Notes under the pieces: model-generated
The model's database searches: none
Seen by the model: the letters and a program-made list of their open reading frames with translations, nothing else
Told to the model about the DNA's origin: nothing
DNA from: Catajapyx aquilonaris
Taxonomy: Eukaryota
Length of the DNA stretch: 55,772 nt
Direction: 5' to 3'
NCBI GenBank assembly: GCA_000934665.2
Contig: KZ538657.1
Location: forward strand, 1 to 55,772
Program-made: the position numbers and the translations under genes
Shown here: in pieces, positions 47,901 through 55,772 of the stretch
Numbering within the stretch: position 1 is the first letter of the stretch
Layout of the letters: each line of letters starts with the position of its first letter

Positions 47901-50900
47901 CCTAAGCTTGCGTGGTTGCTCTGAAATTGCCTTGAACCGTTCGTATATCAATAGTTGAAATCTACGTTGGGAAAAGCGAGCTGAAACAACTCGATTTTGC
48001 AACAATACGGGTACTAACAGTGTTTTCCGGAATGCCCCTTGATGTGGTTCAGTTGATTTTTTAAAAAACTGAGCGATTGCGGAATGCATCAAAAGCACAA
48101 CGTTGCATATTTCTGATGGTGGTAACCACTTTGTTCTTATTCTCATAATTTGTAACGTATACACTATGTAGGCGTTATAGCTGGGAGGGTTTTACCTATA
48201 GGTAAAACCCTCCCAGCTATAACGCCTACATAGTATGGTCACATGTGTTGTTGGTGATCCCCCTCCGGCCAGGTTCGTGTAAAATTCACAGTGTACACAA
48301 TAAATTTGCAAAAGATACATAAAGAAATTGCTGAAACTATTCCAATTCATTAATTTAATTGCCATTTGAAAATTCCATTAACAGCACTTAGGCTGCAGTG
48401 CGTGATCGACCGTAAATCCAAAACAAGTGGTTGATCTTTGTCATCGTGGTTGGTAACAATTTTACATAAACAATATCAAGGATTTACCACTTGTTCGCGA
48501 TTTCGATCGATCACGAACCCCAGACCCCGACTTGCTTTTTTATGGTCCGGTTCAACAATATACTGCAGCTTCGACCCCAGTTGATAATCCCGAGAAAAAT
48601 AACAATTACTGTCCCAATTATCAAAATACTAGACTGTGTAGAAATTTACCATTATGTTCCTAACAGTAGGCAAAATTGATGACACACCATACACAAGCCC
48701 GCTTTTAAATTTCGGTGAAACAAGATTCGAATACTGTACCACAATTGAATTTCAGAAGTTAATGAACTGTAACTTGCTTATACCAGAAACCGCATCAAAA
48801 ACTGACTCCTGCCTTAAATGATTGTACCGAGTCCTGTAGAGCGCGACACCCCATCCTAATTCCTGTCCTGGTCTTGGTAGTGCGGAACCCTTCCGACAAC
48901 ACCGGCGAGGGCACCATCTGCGTCCGCAACGCCGCATTCTCTACCTTCAGCTCTGGAACTTCACGCTGCAATCCATGTATGCGGCAGGTGAGGGCCGAAA
49001 ATGAATCCTTGCTCTATTTCATACGGGTTGCTTGAAGGGGCATCCCCTCTTCGGTCAAGTCCAGCAGAAGCTGCTGCACGAGGTGGCTGAGGCTCGCCTG
49101 GACCTCCGCAGATCTCATGACACCCCCCCCCGGGGGGGGCTCCCATTCAACTGTTTCTGCTTGCGAATGGACCAGGTACTTTCCCGTCTTTACTGCCTGA
49201 GGATCGGTTGGAGTTGGTGGTCTGGTGTGCAGATGGTGTGTTGCATCCTGTTCCTATACTGACTGGTGGGATGGCGATAGACCTATGTGTTATAGACTGG
49301 TGGCCTGATAGGTGCTGGGTTGACGGATGGCTGTTGGCCTAGCTATGTTTCAGTTGCATGTATATTGTAGCTGTTGTTAATAAACAGCGGAGCTAATTGG
49401 GCTGTGGGACCATCAACAAGGTTGGGTCAGCCCTTACTGATTCCTTAACAGTACAGCAAGGTGCTGTTACGACCTATATACCAAAGCCTTTCAGCATGAA
49501 ACTTTATGCTTCATTTAACATTAGAAAATTATTTCGCTCATCCGGATGGGTGAGCATGCTGAGGATAACCAGCATGGTACGGTTTTATTCAAAAGGAAAC
49601 AGGAATGCGCCGATTCAGGAGAAAGACGACAATGGAGGTGCTCGGCAAAGTCTTGACAATAGAAGCAACTTGGACAATGCATAGCAACAATCCTCTTCAC
49701 AAACACCCAAGATAATCAACAACTCTGAGCAGATACCCTCATAAATACCGGATGAAACTACAATGGATGGCCATATCCATTGTCACAAAAATATTGCCTG
49801 GCACTTCCAGTCTCGTAACTCCAAACTGAACGCCAGAGACACTACATCTGAAGACCCTGCCACTAGGTGGCACCTTTAAAAAATGCATCGAAATCTAGTC
49901 AATTTCCGAAACACGTGCTTCTGGGACGTCATTAAGATCCCCTTTACATTTCTCTTCCCTCGCATTATTTTTTGAACAACTCCCCTCTTCCCATTTCCCA
50001 TATCGCCCACTTGTTCTCCCCTGAAACATTCATCTACTGCCGCCCCATGCCCCTTCCAGGGGGGAGGTGTGCCATTGTGCAGGTATACCCTGCGATTTCT
50101 CCGCGAGCACAGAATAATAAAGACGTGGGAGGGAGGGACTGAGGAAAAGGGGAGGAAAACAAAGGTTGTCTAATCAACCCCTGGGTACATCTCGACTTTC
50201 CACTCGGCTGGAAATCGATTTCACAAACAATCGCACTTTTGTATAAATCGCGCCCAATTTTTCATGTCCAGAAGACTCTGGCAGGAGAGAACATGACGTC
50301 TCCTAGCCATAATCCACCACCCTGCTCAAATCGATCGGATCCCCCCCCCCCTCCCATATTACTACCCCCCTCACAATGGCCGGCTGTTCACCTCGCCCCC
50401 CCCCTCCCCCCCAGCAAAAACCCGCGCACTAAAATCTACTTAACCACGAATGTGTCACTCGTGACTCACTCCCGGGTGTTAATTAAGCGCTTACATCACC
50501 AATCCCTGACAACCTCGTGGCCATCCTGGTCTGTCCTCTCCTTGGCCATTTTCACTAACTTGTACTAACACTGGTTTAATACCGCCATGGCCACGCGCCA
50601 ACACTGTTTCACTCTGTATGCACTCCAGGCCACACTTACAGCCATTGTTATCCGCGGCCAGCTATCCGGAACAGCACCCCACACACCTCCATCCCTGGCC
50701 GCGGCCGGCGCTCAACTGCACGTCATCTGGATAGGGCTTCTTTGCAAGCGGCCTTTTTTTCCCCTGCGCTTTCATCCGCATGCGCCGCCTTACGAGTATT
50801 TTCCTCGCAAAACTGGGAGTGGAGATAACCGTTCGCAATCGGGATGTACCTTCAAAAAAAAATGATGCTTCTACAGGGTGCAGCCCGAGTGTTTTTAGAC

Positions 50901-53900
50901 ACGCCCACAGTTCAACACGTACACTGTGCCATATCGTGGCTTATCGCTTTTTCGTTCTGGGAAATGATACGGGCTATCAACAAGTTTCAAAAAACTGTGG
51001 GGACGTTTATACATTTTAGCCCAGACTGCTCACTATGTATACACCGCCTGCTTTTAAATTTTTGCCGATGTAATTCATTTCCACACTATTCCCCACCCCT
51101 TTTCATCTCAACTGGGGGTTTTTTTTTTTTTAGAAGCACTATCTCATTCCCCCAGCCCCTTCGAAAAAGCGTAAAGGACGCCGTGATGATGCACTTTTTT
51201 TTTTTTTTTGCTCGTTTTCTGGGAAGGACGCACCTCGTTGTATGAGGACAGCTGTCAAGTTTTCCACGACAGACTTTCCAAAGGGCGGGGTGGAAGGAGA
51301 GGTGGGGATGGGGGAGGCGCCTTGTCACCGCAGCATTTTTTGGGTTCTGGTTCTGCTGGTCGTGGACGAGGAATGTGCTCGTGCGATTTCCGTGTTCTAA
51401 TCCGCACTAGTGTGAGAAAAATCAAACCCTAACGTTACGCCCTGGCTTTTCGGGGGAGTTCCTCGACCTTTTCATCAAACGGCTTCCGGTGCGATCCTCA
51501 TCATCAGGTCGTACTTCCATTCGAGCCTTTCAAAAAGACTTGGGACCCCGCCATCCATCGGGGACTTTTTGCTCTTTCTAACATTTTCCAGGGTGTAATG
51601 TTGACACCAGTTCTCCCCGTGAACACAGCACCAGTGACTTAGCACACTTTTTTTTTCGAGCACATGCGCTTTTGTACCGTCATCAATCGATCAAGGTCTC
51701 ACAAAAAAGCGAGATCATTAAGGGGGCTCCCCCGTGTGAAAAAACGACCTCTCTTCCAAATCCCTTTGTCGTTATAGCACAGGCTGTCCAAAAGAAACCA
51801 ACTCGCCCCTGGGACAGCCTGAGATTGACAAAATGGGTGCCCAAAAAAAATGAAATTACAACCATCTTGTGTCGTACAGAGTACTGGAGTGGAGGGAGAG
51901 AAGAAATGATATGAAAGAAAATTGCTGGCACTCGAGTCTATTTGACGTAGGATTTAATCAATTTGGATGAAATTTCCAGGATGAAATTCTTCGCCCTTGG
52001 GATGCGAGCTAGATGGGAATCGATTTCCATGACACAACTGCCGGACTTTCCAATTTCCCTAAGAGCAATATCAAAACTGGAGTGGTTCCTGTGCTCCACG
52101 CTTATTAACGGAAGGTGAGTTTTGCAATGCTACGGAAATGAAGGGGCCTGCAACCGAACAAAAAATAATAATAATAAAAAAAATATGCATCCAGCAGTTG
52201 GGATGGGTCACTATCCGCGAGTCTGAGTGACATAACTCGTATGCGACACGTGCCGAAAATGGCCTTCTCGTGTCTTTTCTCACGCATGACACTTCACGCC
52301 ATGGCGACAGGGCGCAAGTGCCAATATCTAGAGTGCAGGGGCATTTCCTTGAAATCCACCTCATTATGTCTGTCACCGGACCTGCTGAAATATTCGGTGG
52401 CATCGACCTCCCTAATTAACTCGGAGACAGTGCAAACCCCCCGAAAACAAACTAAACTCAGACAGAACGCATTACTTTCCGGGGTTAGTTACTCGTGAAA
52501 CAAGTGATGCTCAGTGCAGTCTGACTCCTGCGAGGGCCTACAGCAATAAAGTGATTCCGTGGTTTCCCTGTAACACTCCACCAGGATTGCAGGAGTTTTG
52601 TCGACTTGAACAGCGTATTGATTCGCTGCTACATTTCAGTTGTGGAGGGTTCAGTAACATTGCTAGAAAGGATGCACTGACTCACCATGTACAGTACACA
52701 GCCGCAATATACGAACGAACAAAAGAAGTGCTAAGTAAGAGCACATTCCCAAGTCGCAATCTCATCAGTGTTCTCCGGACGCGGGTCAGCTGTTTCTGAC
52801 ACATACTTTCCCAGCTGGAATTTCTCTTATTGCTGTCCTCCCCCTAGAATCAAATTCAATCTCGGTCCTTCCATCCCTGGCAACCCCCATCATTACCCGC
52901 CAAATTAATCACTATACGCCAGAGTGTGTGCGAGTTTGATCACTCACGCTCGTGCGCTGATATGACAGCCCAGCAGAATGCTAATATTCTTAGTCCGCAT
53001 AGTGACAATCAAGACTCGCGGCATTACCAACCAGGTAGTCTCCAGGTAGATTGGATTAATCCCCTCCTTTTCCCCATCTCAGAAGGCTCATTTCCAAAAT
53101 TACCAGGCCAGTTATACCAGCCAGGCTTATTAGGCTCACGCTTTTCTACTTATTTTTCCATTTGCCCTGTTGATAATATTGCAAACATGGGCGGTACACT
53201 TCCCAAGTCCCCAGTGCGAGTTGATGGTCGGGGAATAGGTTACGAACAGTTCACATTTCAGCTGCAAGTTTACAGAGAAGCAACTCGTGATTACTGCTTC
53301 TCCTTAAACTGGTTGCTGGAGTAAACAGTACGTAACTTTTTCACTTAACCCCCTCTTGAACATGGGTCTTAGGCAATGAACCAACCTGCACCCCCTGCGT
53401 GAGGATGGTCAGTAACTCCCGAATTTGCTTCAGGTATGGCGATTCCTTAGACTAATCCAATAGCAAAATATTCTGCCATTACTTTTGCCGCCAAATAGCT
53501 ACGGCGCGGCGTGCGTATGCAGTTTAGCCCTCGTGGTTTCGATTAGTTAACACTGGCGATACAATGACCACCCTAAGGGCACCTTACCCGCCAAACAAGC
53601 CGTGTGGTATGACACACATGATATTCCTTATAACATACAGTGGTGGAAATTAATGGTACAAATGTTAAGATAACAAAAATTTAATAGACATTGCACGCCG
53701 TAGCTTTGCCTCACATTCAATAAAGACTAGCCGATATAGTCTTCTGATCTTGGAATAGGCCTACCTGAAGCAAGCGCGTGATTTACTCACCACCATGTAC
53801 ATTTGACACCAAGAGGAAACCAACTCCTGGACTCGTGTCCAAGTGCACCGCTTTTCCAGTGACCACCTCCTCTTGCATCACTTCCACCGTCTGAGCCACC

Positions 53901-54420
53901 CCAGGTGACCACCCCGTAGAATTACGAGCGCGCAATCCCCAGGTGAGGCGCGCATGAAAGAGCAATCCATCTATCGGAGCCGCAGGTCATATCCTCCGGG
54001 ATGCGGGAAATTAACTGCCCCAGATACAAATTGCGCGCTGATTAATTAATGCCGACCAGGTAACCCCCCCAACCTGTGTTGTCAGCCGGCACATTTTTTT
54101 AAATGTTTTTTTTTTTTGCGCGTGTATCCCTGTCAAGTGTGCGTGCATGTCTAGCACCCACAAAGAATACGAAGGTGAAAGAGGCGTGGCAGGGTACTCG
54201 CCTCAAAAGAGATCTCGTCGCTGGCCTGGGCGGCGTATCTTTTGACGGCATAGGCGGCGGCCACAGCAGGGGTGTTGATAGCGCTGTCGTCGGTGACGAT
54301 CAGGCGGTGACCACGGTTGTCCAACTCCAGCCAATTGAGCACCGGTCCGCAGGTCAAAAGGCTGCCGGCCAAGGAGCTGAAGCGGGACAGGTACTCGCCC
54401 AGAACCTGCCTCGCAGACTC
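36093..54420 (-). CDS. CdGAPr: Rho GTPase-activating protein of the ARHGAP32/33 (PX-RICS/TCGAP, fly CdGAPr) family, 5'-partial; complement(join(36093..38957,41390..41565,43011..43405,43504..43834,44744..45086,54202..54420)), 1442 aa in window
   Basis: End of the PX region (CGPVLNWLELDNRG); SH3 (AYAVKRYAAQASDEISFE|VGDMISVIDMPP..WWRGKRGFEVGFFP); GILKERVFGCDLGEHLLNSG; RhoGAP with arginine finger GIYRLSG and NVAIVWAPNLLR; post-GAP family motifs KLLSLEEAR, KYIEVGGGP..FHTVID, GWKSFF, LRPVKSAESL. Splice phases 0,1,2,1,0 are consistent. Confidence 0.93.
39031..39113. repeat. Tandem duplication of a 40-bp unit
   Basis: AGCAGTATGGATACAG(A/T)AGTTTAATTCCTGTGTCTCCACA twice, one mismatch. Confidence 0.92.
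39082..39318. mobile_element. Decayed TIR element
   Basis: Left end TACAGTAGTTTAATTCCTGTGTC resembles the reverse complement of the right end (TACGTTAGTGTAATTTCTGTGTC). Confidence 0.45.
39600..40680 (-). mobile_element. Decayed non-LTR retrotransposon (LINE ORF2 C-terminal part) in the last RhoGAP intron
   Basis: Broken ORFs include DQVQNFIFKKFLLPPNTANYFLHLETGLHPL..LPEDRLMK, the typical post-RT segment of LINE ORF2; frameshifted; boundaries approximate. Confidence 0.65.
41390..41565 (-). CDS. CdGAPr: RhoGAP exon (post-GAP conserved region)
   Basis: Acceptor cttgtag|GA; encodes GGPSTLPPKFHTVIDL...GWKSFF; donor AAT|gtgagt. Confidence 0.88.
43011..43405 (-). CDS. CdGAPr: RhoGAP exon (GAP C-terminal half)
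   Basis: Acceptor aatgtag|A; encodes TLEYLMRHL...WAPNLLR...KYIEV; donor TCG|gtaagg. Confidence 0.95.
43504..43834 (-). CDS. CdGAPr: RhoGAP exon (GAP core, arginine finger)
   Basis: Acceptor attcacag|TT; encodes GIYRLSG and LLKMYFRELPNPL; donor AG|gtatgt. Confidence 0.95.
44268..44316 (-). mobile_element. Decayed tRNA-SINE head
   Basis: Minus strand GTGGTTAGTGCCACAGCCTTCCAC...GAGTTCAATTCCTGG, with A-box- and B-box-like segments. Confidence 0.45.
44744..45086 (-). CDS. CdGAPr: RhoGAP exon (second half of SH3, linker, start of GAP domain)
   Basis: Acceptor catctag|GTG; encodes VGDMISVID...HLLNSGHD; donor ACG|gtatgt. Confidence 0.93.
46498..46791. mobile_element. Possible hAT-like MITE
   Basis: Ends CAGGCGCACACA...TGTGTACACCCTG with G-rich and C-rich subtermini; no TSD match. 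Confidence 0.35.
48163..48234. repeat. Perfect 72-bp palindrome, no spacer
   Basis: ACTATGTAGGCGTTATAGCTGGGAGGGTTTTACCTA|TAGGTAAAACCCTCCCAGCTATAACGCCTACATAGT. Confidence 0.95.
48850..49940 (+). mobile_element. Probable heavily decayed, internally deleted Penelope-like element
   Basis: Frameshifted fragments resemble the PLE N-terminus (LYFIR..QKLLHEVAEARLDL; QVLSRLY..W), the linker before GIY-YIG (TYIP...SFNIRKLFRS) and GIY-YIG remnants (GTVLFK..ECADSGE), followed by a CTGAAGA-hairpin-CGAAA motif at 49848-49891. Recognised by eye only. Confidence 0.4.
54202..54420 (-). CDS. CdGAPr: RhoGAP exon (end of PX, first half of SH3)
   Basis: Acceptor tatttccag|GAG; 73 codons ESARQ...DEISFE; GC donor GAG|gcgagt. 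Confidence 0.9.
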
Positions 54421-55772
54421 CTGGAAATAAGAAGGCACGCACTGTGAAATCTTTATGGGGACGGAGGAACAACAGGACGCTGACTACTTCAGGGGCAATT
54501 CCAATCGTAGCCAGTTTTCGTAGCAGGACGTTCTGTTCTAGCTGAAGGCATCCTGGTGGACGGAGGGGAAAAAATAAATTGGGAGTACGAATTTAATGTT
54601 GCACGAATATTGCAATAAGAGAGCGGAGGTTGGAAAGCTGGATACGTTGCATTTTTTCTCCGGCTTATGCAGCACGAGATCTAATGCTTCACGCTTGTAT
54701 GTGATGTGAAAGCATACTTTCCAGGAGGCGATGCGCACCACTTCTCAGGTGAAATACACTAATAACAATTTCTTCACACACCTGTCTCCTTAACATCTGC
54801 ATCGACACTCAAAATACCGTATGTTGAAACTTTATAATCTGCAAGTGTCCCAACAAACATACTGCGCTTCACATGCTATGCTTCCTTATGGGGTGAGGTA
54901 CAGGACCTGACCCACCGTCTTATCACGATCCCAACACACACCCTAAACCAAAAGCGATAACTCAGGGTGGTAAGTACAACCTCGCTATGGCGTGGAATCA
55001 TGCCATGTCATGCATATGATAACTTCCGAGGGTATCTGTTCGCATAATAGGCATAAGCATATAACTGTGAGTCTTCGTGAGGGTCTTATGGCCCGAAGTT
55101 ATCGCGTTTGGTATATGATGTATAGAACGGGATTAGGATAAGACGATGGGTCAGGGCTGCCAGAATAGGCGTATTCCGAGTTTTGGACGATCCTTGTGGG
55201 TAACAGCCATTTCTCGAGTGTTCTCAAATGCTGGTTCTGCAACACCAACAAATGGCTAAACTTGCTGGCAGTGGCAGAAATTACAACTTTCAAAATTAAG
55301 CCTTGCTCAGGCCGCTTATTGACTGCATATTTTAAGGCACAATAGTCGCAACAAAACTTGGCTCATCCACTGCTATTGCTTGGCGTCTCGTTCTATAGCT
55401 AAAGGCCGCCGGAGATAATCCCATTATGCGCCTAAAATCCCCAGCTAGAAGAGGAACACATTCCGAACGTAAATCATTCCCAACGAATCGCATTAAGCCC
55501 ATGCATTTCCCCTGGAACGTATCAACTAGCCTCGCAAATCACACCTATTTCCATACACAAGGAAGATCCTCACTTATCATCCGCACTGGAGATCAAAATA
55601 TTCGCATCAACGCAAATGCCGCTCCCAATTCACTTTCCGGGAGCTCAAAGAACCTGTTATTCATAACACGTGAATCTTTTTCTCGTCCCCAGATTTTTTT
55701 TCTTCCTCTTCCACCTCCAAAATGTAAGGATCAACTGTGGGAAAGAAAGTGATCCACGCCCCCCACCCACCC

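Noticed and set aside
1..55772. Most short ORFs in the supplied track, and any prokaryotic system (CRISPR, operons, defence islands)
   Set aside because: The DNA is intron-containing eukaryotic sequence. The short ORFs lack recognisable domains, and many are antisense shadows of real exons (for example 36172-38761 + and 22490-22819 +). No repeat-spacer array is present.

Overview
Eukaryotic (animal, most likely arthropod) genomic DNA with spliceosomal introns; the six-frame ORF track mostly reports exon fragments or noise. Three protein-coding genes can be built by hand with phase-consistent splice sites: (1) a five-exon brain-specific homeobox gene (bsh/Bsx, + strand, 8461-17149, 293 aa); (2) a six-exon leucine-rich-repeat protein with a signal peptide and a probable GPI anchor (- strand, 23981-19367, about 547 aa); (3) the 3' part of an ARHGAP32/33 (CdGAPr)-type PX-SH3-RhoGAP gene (- strand, 54420-36093, 1442 aa in the window, 5' end outside). 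The rest holds tRNA-derived SINEs with target-site duplications (TSDs), several MITEs (piggyBac-, hAT- and pogo/Tc1-like), a decayed LINE, a probable decayed Penelope-like element, long palindromes and two assembly gaps. I see no clearly new biological system. The best leads are two GC-AG introns with the identical donor AG|GCGAGT, a possibly ancient bsh-RhoGAP linkage with a sharp CpG boundary inside the RhoGAP gene, a YEN/actin-like/PDZ motif set in the RhoGAP tail, and different SINEs sharing a covarying stem-loop+GATAACGGG tail. All splice models are predictions from sequence only.
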